The position numbers were made by a program, and so were the translations under genes. From a virus (Duplodnaviria; Caudoviricetes), in IMG/VR virus record IMGVR_UViG_3300027819_000006: 64,000 nucleotides of DNA; one strand, 5' to 3'. Below, in pieces: positions 18,701-26,863 of this stretch; position 1 is the first letter of the stretch, and the number at the start of each line of letters is the position of its first letter. The notes beneath the pieces are model-generated. The model saw only the letters and a program-made list of their open reading frames with translations, was not told the origin of the DNA and ran no database searches.

Positions 18701-19309
18701 CTATATATTTTAGCAATTTTATAATCCCAACTTTTGAGCTGTCTTACCTGAACTTCAACCCAAAAAGGCATGTACCTATAGTTCATCATGTTTTGCTTGC
18801 TCCTTGTTGTCTGATTTCTATGATCAGATATTCAAGTGATTAGATTAGATTCTCATTCTATATTATTAGAATGACACCATTTAAAATGTTCCAGTTTCTG
18901 CTTTATGTTAATCTCTAATTTTTTGTATAGTTAGAGTTCGGACTATCATATGATCTTTACAGATTATTAAAATCAAAACCTTCTCCTTTATAATTCTCTG
19001 TACAATATGTCGCAACGAATATTAAAAGAAAAATTATTATTCCGCCCATAAAAATCTCCAATCGTTTAGTCTCTCAAGCTGTATTTAAACTTGTTCCTTG
19101 TTGTCTGAATTTTATTCAGATATTCAAGTGATTAGATTAGATTTTCATTCTATTGCTTATAGAATGCCGCCAGAATTTAACGGAGTGCTAAAAACGATAC
19201 AGCGCTTAGATCGATCGATGCTAGATGGATTAGTGAACATTTGTTTCAACTTGTTTCTTTCTTCAGCATTTTTATAGTTCAAATGCTCTTCTACATTTTC
19301 TTCTGTAAT
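15704..19309 (-). CDS. GT-B glycosyltransferase, 7 exons interrupted by six group I introns (446 aa spliced)
   Basis: Exons 19309-19180, 18900-18886, 18372-18291, 17516-17384, 17204-17172, 16945-16930, 16635-15704 total 1341 nt in frame: ...STPSETGTSYFRIFEP...HDVDDNEFNLPRTHPMRDVWYASKKDQ...IGWAG...KSEIKLIE. Probable ATT start behind AAGGAG. Confidence 0.88.
16636..16929 (-). mobile_element. Group I intron 6 (294 nt)
   Basis: P1 GUGUGGU/GCUUCAC; AAUCAGCA; GCAACGACUA; AAGAAAUAGUCUG; ends AACAUAAUUG; splicing restores the TAT codon. Confidence 0.88.
16946..17171 (-). mobile_element. Group I intron 5 (226 nt)
   Basis: P1 CCCU/GGGG; AAAUUGCUGGAAA; AAUCAGCAG; UUCAGAGACUA; GAUGAUAUAGUCC; ends AACAUAAUUG. 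Confidence 0.92.
17205..17383 (-). mobile_element. Group I intron 4 (about 179-180 nt, very compact)
   Basis: P1 GUGGAU/GUCCAC; AAAUUGCAGGGA; AAUCUGCAGCCAAG; UUCAGAGACUA; GAUGAAAUAGUCC. Confidence 0.9.
17534..17749 (-). CDS. 71-aa ORF looped out in a 3' helix of intron 3
   Basis: Flanked by complementary GAGGAATTTATT / AATAAATTCCGC. Confidence 0.55.
   Translation of the reverse strand: MKYFKVKACKGYSLSIIFIAAKDLEEAKATLKRSFGNEDEFNFHTFRDYSFEEINIKVKKPCILFSAAYCE
17822..17983 (-). CDS. 53-aa basic ORF inside intron 3 (not in ORF track)
   Basis: GGAGG then ATG; MVNYRYMTKKQAASVKKLFKS...KIEW. Confidence 0.5.
   Translation of the reverse strand: MVNYRYMTKKQAASVKKLFKSNAAQRTYKVLEDVLVVTLYGNKLVRKSGKIEW
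18019..18225 (-). CDS. Small ORF inside intron 3
   Basis: ORF track; AGGAGG before internal ATG (MSYIEILEH). Confidence 0.5.
   Translation of the reverse strand: MTMNQEIIAGGPMSYIEILEHVLKYKFGLHIYQHPDTKNTSDFGCVISSDKLDKKQIRNIIKANKLQA
18373..18885 (-). mobile_element. Group I intron 2 (513 nt), core nearly identical to intron 1
   Basis: P1 ACAU/GUGU, P10 AUG/CAU, same P3 and P7 strands as intron 1, ends AACAUGAAAG. Confidence 0.92.
18535..18789 (-). CDS. 84-aa ORF inside intron 2 (no homing endonuclease motif seen)
   Basis: ORF track; AAGGAG upstream within the intron core. Confidence 0.55.
   Translation of the reverse strand: MMNYRYMPFWVEVQVRQLKSWDYKIAKIYRDKYSPLIYLEAEDPGCPKDNRKCAYIYNLVELSIEKVYFNQDRKLYKQFCSLRD
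18901..19179 (-). mobile_element. Group I intron 1 (279 nt)
   Basis: P1 CCGU/GCGG with U.G at the 5' site; P10 UUCUG/CAGAA; P3 UCUAAUC/GAUUGGA; P7 GAGACUA/UAGUC; ends AACAUAAAG. Confidence 0.92.
18957..19049 (-). CDS. 30-aa hydrophobic mini-ORF inside intron 1
   Basis: GGAG-6 nt-ATG; MGGIIIFLLIFVATYCTENYKGEGFDFNNL. Confidence 0.45.
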   Translation of the reverse strand: MGGIIIFLLIFVATYCTENYKGEGFDFNNL

Positions 19310-19356
19310 GTTAGTTCTCCTTATTTAAATGTTTAACATCTATTTATTTTATAAAA

Positions 19357-19390
19357 CAAAAACAAAGCAATTTAAACTGCTTTGTTTTTT
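19357..19390 (-). terminator. Terminator-like hairpin
   Basis: AAAAACAAAGCA / TGCTTTGTTTTT inverted repeat. Confidence 0.6.
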
Positions 19391-19448
19391 GCTGAAATAT
19401 GATGCCGCTACATCTATTTCGTTACTACATCTTCTCTTGGAAGATAAG

Positions 19449-19892
19449 CTATTTAACTTCTACTTCTACTTTATCTACTGGTTTTGGAATTTCATCTGTA
19501 AATTCTGTGATTGAAATAGAATCTAAATCTACTCTGCACTTACCTTGCAGAATCAGTTTCAATTTTGTTGCAGATTCTCCACACAGCATTCTACAATCAT
19601 TACCAAATTGTACATATAGAAAATCATTATTTACGTGAGCATTTGTAATCTTGTTTAAGTCTAATATAGAATCATTGACTTTAACAAAATAAGGTTTAGC
19701 ATTATCGACCAATATCTTCAATTCATCTACTACTCTATTAAAATCTTTATTCTGTGATTTAATATCTATGTTTTGTTTAATGATAGTCTCATCTAGCTGC
19801 TGATTAACTGATTTCTGATTTTTGAGTTCTAATTTTATCTTTTCTAATTCTTCTTTCAACTGTTTTACATCTTCTTTCTTTTTACCCAACAT
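19449..19892 (-). CDS. Hypothetical coiled-coil protein (paralog of 19926-20321)
   Basis: Shared FV.V.D..IDLNKI motif. Confidence 0.6.
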   Translation of the reverse strand: MLGKKKEDVKQLKEELEKIKLELKNQKSVNQQLDETIIKQNIDIKSQNKDFNRVVDELKILVDNAKPYFVKVNDSILDLNKITNAHVNNDFLYVQFGNDCRMLCGESATKLKLILQGKCRVDLDSISITEFTDEIPKPVDKVEVEVK

Positions 19893-19925
19893 TTGTAAGT
19901 TCCTTTTTAAACAATATTAACTGTT

Positions 19926-20321
19926 TTATTTAGTAGTTCTTTTTAATTTATTAGCAATTGCTCCGTAATATTTTTCAGCAATACCATTAACTAATATAAT
20001 TTCTATATTCTCTTCATCTAATACTTTATTTGATTTCACTGTGCATATTTTATTTAAATCTATTGTATTGTCTTCTACTGACACGAAATGGTTCTCATTC
20101 TTACAAGTTATTAATTTCAATTCATCTATCACAGCATATAATGCATCAAATTCTTTTTTAGATAACTCTTTTTCTTTTAACCTATTCTGTAATTCTTTTA
20201 TAATGTCAGATTGTATTGCAAATAGACTATTCACACGCTTCAGTTCTTTTTCGATACTTAACAGATCTTCTTTTAATATTTCGATTTCTTCGTTCTTGTC
20301 GCTTTGTCGCATAAACAGCAT
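19926..20321 (-). CDS. Hypothetical coiled-coil protein (paralog of 19449-19892)
   Basis: Shared FV.V.D..IDLNKI motif. Confidence 0.6.
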   Translation of the reverse strand: MLFMRQSDKNEEIEILKEDLLSIEKELKRVNSLFAIQSDIIKELQNRLKEKELSKKEFDALYAVIDELKLITCKNENHFVSVEDNTIDLNKICTVKSNKVLDEENIEIILVNGIAEKYYGAIANKLKRTTK

Positions 20322-20333
20322 ATGTATTCTCCT

Positions 20334-20618
20334 CTAAATAGTGTTCACAATTGCTTTATAGTAGTTGTTTGTATCCTTTCTGATAAAAATTTTGTATTTG
20401 TCTCTATAATTATATATTGTCTCATCTTGATCTGATACTCTTCTAGCTTTACCTTGAAACACATGAACATTAATTTTTTCCAAAGCAAATAGAGCTGATT
20501 GATAACTCATAGGTCCAGACTGCACTTCTTTGTCATTGACTTTAAAAAGTGTAAGTTTTGCATCTCCTCTCATCAGTTTGAGAAGAATTAGATCTGTGAT
20601 TGCTTCAGATAAGTTCAA
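20334..20618 (-). CDS. Hypothetical protein
   Basis: Packed ORF. Confidence 0.55.
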   Translation of the reverse strand: MNLSEAITDLILLKLMRGDAKLTLFKVNDKEVQSGPMSYQSALFALEKINVHVFQGKARRVSDQDETIYNYRDKYKIFIRKDTNNYYKAIVNTI

Positions 20619-20619
20619 T

Positions 20620-21048
20620 CTATTTCTTCTCTAATTCATATACAGAAGTTATGCAATAAGCAACAGTTCTATTTGTTTGCTGTCCCATTGCTCTAAAATC
20701 TGTGTCTACATGTTTTACACTGTATCCAGAATGTCCTTTTTCTCTCAGTACTCTTGGAATATCTTTTGCAATTTCATCCATCTCATCTTGCATGCTCTTC
20801 TGAGTATCTGTATAGTTTGCCGGAGCATACCTCTGAGTCTTTAAAAGCATTTTAGATCCTTCAAACTTCACATTTACTTCTGGGATCTTTGCTACATAGT
20901 TTCCGACAGTTTCTATAGCATCTCTGACACTAGTATCTTTGACTCTGTTTGGAGACTTGTCATATACATCTCCTACAGCTTTTCTGACATCTTTTTTGAT
21001 ATTGTAGTCATCTTTTGGTATGAAATCTGCTGCTTTTTTTGCTGGCAT
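20620..21048 (-). CDS. Hypothetical protein
   Basis: Packed ORF. Confidence 0.6.
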   Translation of the reverse strand: MPAKKAADFIPKDDYNIKKDVRKAVGDVYDKSPNRVKDTSVRDAIETVGNYVAKIPEVNVKFEGSKMLLKTQRYAPANYTDTQKSMQDEMDEIAKDIPRVLREKGHSGYSVKHVDTDFRAMGQQTNRTVAYCITSVYELEKK

Positions 21049-21050
21049 TT

Positions 21051-21305
21051 CTATTTAAGCTCCATGTGTGAATCTGTTTCTTTTAAATATTCTTCTACTT
21101 CAAAATAGTGAGGATTAAACTTTTTAAAACAATCTCTGCACATACCTAATATTGCGTAATATTCAGAGTCATCTGCATCCATCAGTTTATTGCATCTTAT
21201 ATTGGTATCAGGATCTAGACATGTGCAATACCATTGCCTGATATCTGAATCTTCACTTTTTCTTTCAATTAGTTTGTAACCTGATTTTTGTGTTACAGTT
21301 TTCAT
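21051..21305 (-). CDS. Small Cys-rich (Zn-binding) protein
   Basis: CTC..., RCNKL, GMCRDC; similar to the adjacent ORF. Confidence 0.55.
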   Translation of the reverse strand: MKTVTQKSGYKLIERKSEDSDIRQWYCTCLDPDTNIRCNKLMDADDSEYYAILGMCRDCFKKFNPHYFEVEEYLKETDSHMELK

Positions 21306-21556
21306 TTATCTGATTTTTCTAATGGGAAGAATTTGCCTTCGTCTAAGTGGTTTTTTCTAGTACATTCTTCACAAGCTCCAAACTGACTAAAAAATTGTGC
21401 TGACCATCCCGTCAGTAGATTACCACATTTTTTACCATGTTCATCGACTCTGTCGCAAAAAACTGGAGAAATAGGTTTGTGATTTTCTTTTATAGTGCTC
21501 ATGTTGCTGTGCCATTTTTTTGTTTTATTTATTGGCAATCCTTGAAAGTTTTCCAT
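21302..21556 (-). CDS. Small Cys-rich (Zn-binding) protein
   Basis: FCD..., KCGNL, GACEEC. Confidence 0.55.
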   Translation of the reverse strand: MENFQGLPINKTKKWHSNMSTIKENHKPISPVFCDRVDEHGKKCGNLLTGWSAQFFSQFGACEECTRKNHLDEGKFFPLEKSDK

Positions 21557-22428
21557 TTGCTATCCTTTTTTAAATCTTCATAGAACAATATATAATATAT
21601 GTTTTCTAAATTATATTTTTCTAGAAAGTTTTTTATTTTAATTTTATTACACTCTGTTAAATATCCTTTGACTTCTTCTATTCTTATCAAATTATCATTC
21701 TCATCATAAATAAAGAAATCAGGAGTATATGTAGTTCCTTCTAATCTATATGTTATTTCTTCATACTTCCAGTTTGCAGATATAGAATCTAAAAATTGAG
21801 CCCTCTCTAATTCATAAGAAGATTTCAAATAATAATCTCTATATTCACTTTTTATATATCGATTTTTTATATTTGGGCTAACTTTTCTGCTCTGAACTAT
21901 CTTAACATTTCTATCGAACCACATCTCTTCAGCTTTTTCAACACCATATTCAGCTATCCACATATCTTTTACTGATACACCAAACATCCCATTCATAGAG
22001 CCAGTTAAACTCCAAGTTCCATTTTTCTTTTTACTTTCTTCTGATTTTGTAGTAATTTTTATCATAGTTTCTTTAGAATGGCGATGTCCAGTCATAGGAG
22101 GTATCTGTTGCAAACGTTTATCACGTCTTTCTTTTGAATCATAGACATGTTTTTTACAATATCCGTATTTATTCGGATTAATCCTTTTATTACAGCCTTC
22201 ATGTTTGCATATTACTTTTCTGTCATCAAAATATTTTCGCTTTCCATAGTTTGGACCATGGTGTCCTATACAAATGTAACATCTCAAAACTTTATTACTA
22301 ACGATATTATTCAGACATTGATTGCAATATTTATCTATATTGCTACAATATAAGCAGAAACTATATTCTTCAAATTGCATAGAGCGTTTATTACATTTGC
22401 TACATTCTCTGATAATTTCTTGTATCAT
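21529..22428 (-). CDS. Free-standing endonuclease-like protein (Zn ribbons, NUMOD3-like, PD-(D/E)xK)
   Basis: CxxC repeats, GHRHSKET, KSSYE...YTPDFFI...EEVKG. Confidence 0.75.
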   Translation of the reverse strand: MIQEIIRECSKCNKRSMQFEEYSFCLYCSNIDKYCNQCLNNIVSNKVLRCYICIGHHGPNYGKRKYFDDRKVICKHEGCNKRINPNKYGYCKKHVYDSKERRDKRLQQIPPMTGHRHSKETMIKITTKSEESKKKNGTWSLTGSMNGMFGVSVKDMWIAEYGVEKAEEMWFDRNVKIVQSRKVSPNIKNRYIKSEYRDYYLKSSYELERAQFLDSISANWKYEEITYRLEGTTYTPDFFIYDENDNLIRIEEVKGYLTECNKIKIKNFLEKYNLENIYYILFYEDLKKDSKWKTFKDCQ

Positions 22429-22607
22429 TTATCCTCTCCAACTAAAGTTAAAGGGCTTCAGCTGAGTTGGCAGCTAATTAAGAGGTAATTAATCTCAAGC
22501 CCTGGTTATTATTTTTATTCTTCAGGTTTTGCTAGTTTTTAAATTTTTCTTCCAACCTCTAGTTTTTCTGATAGGAAGTCCAAGCTCTTCTGCTATATTA
22601 TTTTTTT

Positions 22608-22925
22608 TCATACTCTTCTTTCTTCGAATGTTGTGTATTTTGGAAATCTTTTATAATCTTTGTTCATCTTGTAGTCATTATACCACCAACTCTTTATTTC
22701 TGTATTCACTCTATCTAGTCCATGTTGCTCTACATATTCTTTAAATCCAAAATTGTCTTTGAACCCATCATAGCTACTCTTCATATCCATAGATCTAAAT
22801 ACTTCTGCAATCTTTGTGATAGTAGCTTTTCTATCTCTTTTTTGTAGCATAGCAAGAGCTATATAAGCTAGTTCAGAGAAAGAGTTAGTTTTAGTAGATT
22901 CATTTAGAATATTTTTTAATTTCAT
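22608..22925 (-). CDS. Hypothetical protein with MKLKNILNE leader
   Basis: ORF behind a promoter-like AT motif. Confidence 0.55.
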   Translation of the reverse strand: MKLKNILNESTKTNSFSELAYIALAMLQKRDRKATITKIAEVFRSMDMKSSYDGFKDNFGFKEYVEQHGLDRVNTEIKSWWYNDYKMNKDYKRFPKYTTFEERRV

Positions 22926-22971
22926 ATATTAAATTTAATCAATCTCAATGTAAAAGTAAACAGCTAAATAT

Positions 22972-25900
22972 CTATGCATGTACATTTCCAAATTGTGGAG
23001 TCCATACAAAAGCTCTGAATGCAGATGCTGAACCTGTAAATCCACCAGCATTATAAATTCTAATCCATCTATATGCACCATTCCCTACGTATGCAGAAGC
23101 CGTAATATCTCCAACACTAATCCAGTTTCCTTCAAAATCTGTAGCAGAAGCAGAAGCTTGATTAAATCCAGATGCATTGCTTGTAGGTTTGAAGGAGAAA
23201 TTAGTTGGATGAACATAGTGCCCAGCCTTTGCTTCGTCAAATGGATTGCTATTATTTACTTGCAGAATGAATGTTGTTCCAGATGCAGGTGCAGCTGTTC
23301 CATTTGGAATTATCATTGTCCAAGCATTTGTATTAATATATGCAAAATTTGTTGCAGTATTTGTTGATTGCATGATATTGGCAGACAGTGATTTTGCAGA
23401 AACATCGTCAATAATTCCACCACCTGTAGAAGATCCAGTCATTAATGCAGACACTGCATCTACTATAGCTCCACCTGTTGGAGATACTAAACTAAAACTG
23501 ATATCATCTACATAAGAAGTATTAGTTATTCCATTTAGAACAAAGTTGAAATCATCTAATATTACACCGCCAGTTACAGATTGTTGAGCTAATGTAATAG
23601 AATCTATTTGAGCTGTTGGACCATTTACTTTTACGAATGTTCCAGTAACTGTATCAATATAAGCTGTTACAGAATTGTCTGTAGATTCGCCAAGCCACAC
23701 CCAAACTGTTGAAGCAGTATTAGCCCAAGTCAGAGATAATTTCTCATATGCAGCTGTTACAGTAGAAGTTGTACTTGCTTGCCAGTTAGTTCCCCCTGAA
23801 TTGGGTCCTACTCTCATTACTACTTTACCTGCTGTTGGTCCTTCTACATATACAAATGCAGATACAGCATAATCAATACTTGTAGATAAGCTAGTCAATT
23901 GTTGAGCTATTACAGAAGATAAACCAACATTTGATACATATCTAATTTGTTGTGATGAAGATCCTGCATTTACTGGAGTGGCTGTTCCTGCTCCTGACAA
24001 TGAAAATGAAGTTACTTCTGTCGCAGATACTGCGTCTAGATATACTAAACATGCTGTTGCAACGTTAGCATTTGTTATTGTGACCCAAACATTTGAAGCT
24101 GTATTAGTCCAATTTACAGTTTTGAGTGTATATGTAGCTCCAGTTACAGATAAAACATTACTTGTAATAGATCCAGAATCTGCAGAATTTGCTTTAATTG
24201 CTAAGGTTACTGCTAATCCATTACCGCTATTTGTAGCATTTAAGTTTTCAATTCTTAATAATGCAGATAAACTATATGTTGCATAAACATCTAATCCTGT
24301 AAGATTTGTTGCAAAAGCACTTGTTGAAGTGGAGTTCAAAGGATATCTTAAAACTTGAGCAGATAATCCTTCATAAGCTCCAGCTCCGGAAGTTATAGAA
24401 GCTGTAATCGTTGCATTTGCTACCCAACCTGAAGCAACATTGCTTGCATCAAATCCTTGTTGAAATCCAGAGTTAGAAACTATATTTGAAACTGCATAAT
24501 TTCTAATTGTAGAAATCCATCCATTTCCTATACCATTTGTAAATCCATTTTCAAATGTTCCAGATCCAACAATTGCAGTTTCTGGAGTAATTGTATCTGT
24601 TACCCAAATCCATAATGAAGTGGCGGTATTAGTCCAACTAAATGCAGTATTTGTATATGCTCCGGTTACAGTAGCAGTTGTTGAAGCTTGAAAATCCTTT
24701 GCTCCAGAATTAGGTCCAACTCTTAACATTAATTTATGCATTTGTAAAGCTGTTGTTGAAGCTAAGAAATTTATGTAAGCACTAACAGCATAGCTTACCC
24801 AAGGAGTTAATCCTGTAATATTTTGTGATAGGGCTTCTGTTTCATCTGCTGTTGAACTAAATATTAATTCTTGCGCTTGAGTTCCAGAATATGGAGCTGT
24901 TGATCTTTGAACAATTAATCCATTTGAGCTCTTTAGCCAGCTTGCCGCTAATCCATTCGTAAATGTTGATTCAAAAGTTCCATTTGCTATTTGATTAGTT
25001 GTATTGCCTTTATATCTTGATCCAACCCACATCCAAATACTATTAGCACTACTATTTACTGTGGTTGTTAAAGTTTGTAAAGCTGCTGTATTTGAAGCTG
25101 TCATTGAATTAGTCCAATCTTTTCCTCCAGAATTTGGCCCTAATCTAATATATGTGTCATATACTCCTGAAGTATTTAAGCTAGCTAATTGAGCACTTAC
25201 AGTTACAGAATAATCAGATAATGAAGATAATCCTGTAAGATTTTGTGTAAATATTTGTGTTTCATTGGCATTTGTATCCCAAGCTAATCTTTGAGCAGAA
25301 ACACCCAAACCAATAATCGTTGTTTCAACAGATCCAGTGATTCCAGAACTTGATCCAGACCAAGAATTTGCAAAACCTCCGTTATAAGCTCCTTCAAATC
25401 CAGAATTTGAAATAATATTTGTTGTACTTGCTCTGAAATCATCAGTAACCCAAACCCACACTGAAGTTGCAGTATTTGCCCAAGATAATACTAAAGCTTG
25501 ATATGCTGCCGTAGAAGAATCAGATGCAGTTGCAGATGCTTGCCAGTCTCCAGCTCCAGAGTTAGGTCCTACTCTAAATACTAAGTTATGTTGTTTGAAT
25601 GCACTTAAATTATTTGTTCTTACCCAAGCTGTTGCAGAATAATTGTGGTTTGTACTTAAACCTGCAACATTTTGAGCAAATGAAGCTACACCAGATGCAG
25701 CAGTTTTAAAAGCCAATAACTGAGAAGATACTCCTCCATGAACTATCGTCCCATTTGCTTGTGCAGACAGAGAAGAATTTGGAGAAATTATCCATCCTGC
25801 TTCTATACCATTTGTATAAGCAGCTTCCATATCTCCATTAGCAACCATGCTAGAAGTACTTCCAGTATAAGAAGCAGTAACCCACACCCAAACATTAGAT

Positions 25901-26769
25901 GCAGTGTTAGTCCAGTTTACAATCATTCCAGAGAACGATGCAGTAGCTGAATTTACAGCACTAGATGAAGCTTGAAAATTTGCTCCACCACTATTAGGTC
26001 CGACTCTTAAAGTTACTACATAATCACTAACAGCTGTCGATGTTGGAATTCTAATATTTGCTGAAAGTGAATAATTTTGATTCGGCACTAAATTTGTAAT
26101 ATTTCTTGCAAATGCCTGTGTTCCGTTTGCATTTGTATCCCATGCAAGTCTCTGAGCAGAAGTACCAGCATGAACAGTTGTAGTTTCAACAGTTGCTGTA
26201 ATTCCACCAGCAGAAACACTCCATCCTGGAGCGACACCATTTATATATCCTCCTTCCATGCTACCACTCAAAACTACATCATTATTATTTCTTCTAATAG
26301 TAGTGAACCACAGCCAGACACTAGAAGCAGTGTTAGACCAAGTTACTATCAATTGCTGAAATGCTGCTGTATTTGAAGCTGTTGCTGAAGCTTGATAATT
26401 TGTACTTCCAGAAGCTGGACCTACTCTAAATACTAAATCATTCAATTGAGATGCAGAAAGAGTCAATATTTCTACCCAGGCTGTTGCTCCATATGTATTA
26501 TTTGTATCTAGTCCGTTTAATTGTTGAGCAAATCCTATAGTTCCGTCTGCTGTAGTTGCCCATGAAATATTTTGAGCAGAAGTGCCCCCATGAGTTACAC
26601 CTGTATTGATTGTTGCAGTAACACCATGACCGGGAGTAGCAGAAATTATCCATCCTGGAGCTATACCATTTGTAGCAATGCCTTCCATATTGCCACTTGC
26701 TACTCTGTCGGCAGTATCTCCTCCGAAAACTAATTGTGGAGCTAATACTACTCTGTCTGTGTTGAACAT
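22972..26769 (-). CDS. 1265-aa Ser/Thr/Ala-rich protein with tandem CBM-like beta-sandwich repeats (probable virion appendage)
   Basis: About seven roughly 150-aa repeats: NG.(F/M)E..., A.GW, RVGPNSG, W.NTA..VWVW. Confidence 0.7.
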   Translation of the reverse strand: MFNTDRVVLAPQLVFGGDTADRVASGNMEGIATNGIAPGWIISATPGHGVTATINTGVTHGGTSAQNISWATTADGTIGFAQQLNGLDTNNTYGATAWVEILTLSASQLNDLVFRVGPASGSTNYQASATASNTAAFQQLIVTWSNTASSVWLWFTTIRRNNNDVVLSGSMEGGYINGVAPGWSVSAGGITATVETTTVHAGTSAQRLAWDTNANGTQAFARNITNLVPNQNYSLSANIRIPTSTAVSDYVVTLRVGPNSGGANFQASSSAVNSATASFSGMIVNWTNTASNVWVWVTASYTGSTSSMVANGDMEAAYTNGIEAGWIISPNSSLSAQANGTIVHGGVSSQLLAFKTAASGVASFAQNVAGLSTNHNYSATAWVRTNNLSAFKQHNLVFRVGPNSGAGDWQASATASDSSTAAYQALVLSWANTATSVWVWVTDDFRASTTNIISNSGFEGAYNGGFANSWSGSSSGITGSVETTIIGLGVSAQRLAWDTNANETQIFTQNLTGLSSLSDYSVTVSAQLASLNTSGVYDTYIRLGPNSGGKDWTNSMTASNTAALQTLTTTVNSSANSIWMWVGSRYKGNTTNQIANGTFESTFTNGLAASWLKSSNGLIVQRSTAPYSGTQAQELIFSSTADETEALSQNITGLTPWVSYAVSAYINFLASTTALQMHKLMLRVGPNSGAKDFQASTTATVTGAYTNTAFSWTNTATSLWIWVTDTITPETAIVGSGTFENGFTNGIGNGWISTIRNYAVSNIVSNSGFQQGFDASNVASGWVANATITASITSGAGAYEGLSAQVLRYPLNSTSTSAFATNLTGLDVYATYSLSALLRIENLNATNSGNGLAVTLAIKANSADSGSITSNVLSVTGATYTLKTVNWTNTASNVWVTITNANVATACLVYLDAVSATEVTSFSLSGAGTATPVNAGSSSQQIRYVSNVGLSSVIAQQLTSLSTSIDYAVSAFVYVEGPTAGKVVMRVGPNSGGTNWQASTTSTVTAAYEKLSLTWANTASTVWVWLGESTDNSVTAYIDTVTGTFVKVNGPTAQIDSITLAQQSVTGGVILDDFNFVLNGITNTSYVDDISFSLVSPTGGAIVDAVSALMTGSSTGGGIIDDVSAKSLSANIMQSTNTATNFAYINTNAWTMIIPNGTAAPASGTTFILQVNNSNPFDEAKAGHYVHPTNFSFKPTSNASGFNQASASATDFEGNWISVGDITASAYVGNGAYRWIRIYNAGGFTGSASAFRAFVWTPQFGNVHA

Positions 26770-26863
26770 GTTTTAAATTTCTCCATTCATTTATTTCGCA
26801 TAATTAAAAAATAAGAACACGTTTAAATTTCAAACTTTTATTCTAATATAAATATATTGGAGC

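Noticed and set aside
16900-19150. CRISPR array or simple repeat explanation for the recurring GGACTAT and TAGTCTCT words
   Set aside because: Spacing is irregular and the repeats correspond to group I intron P7/core strands.
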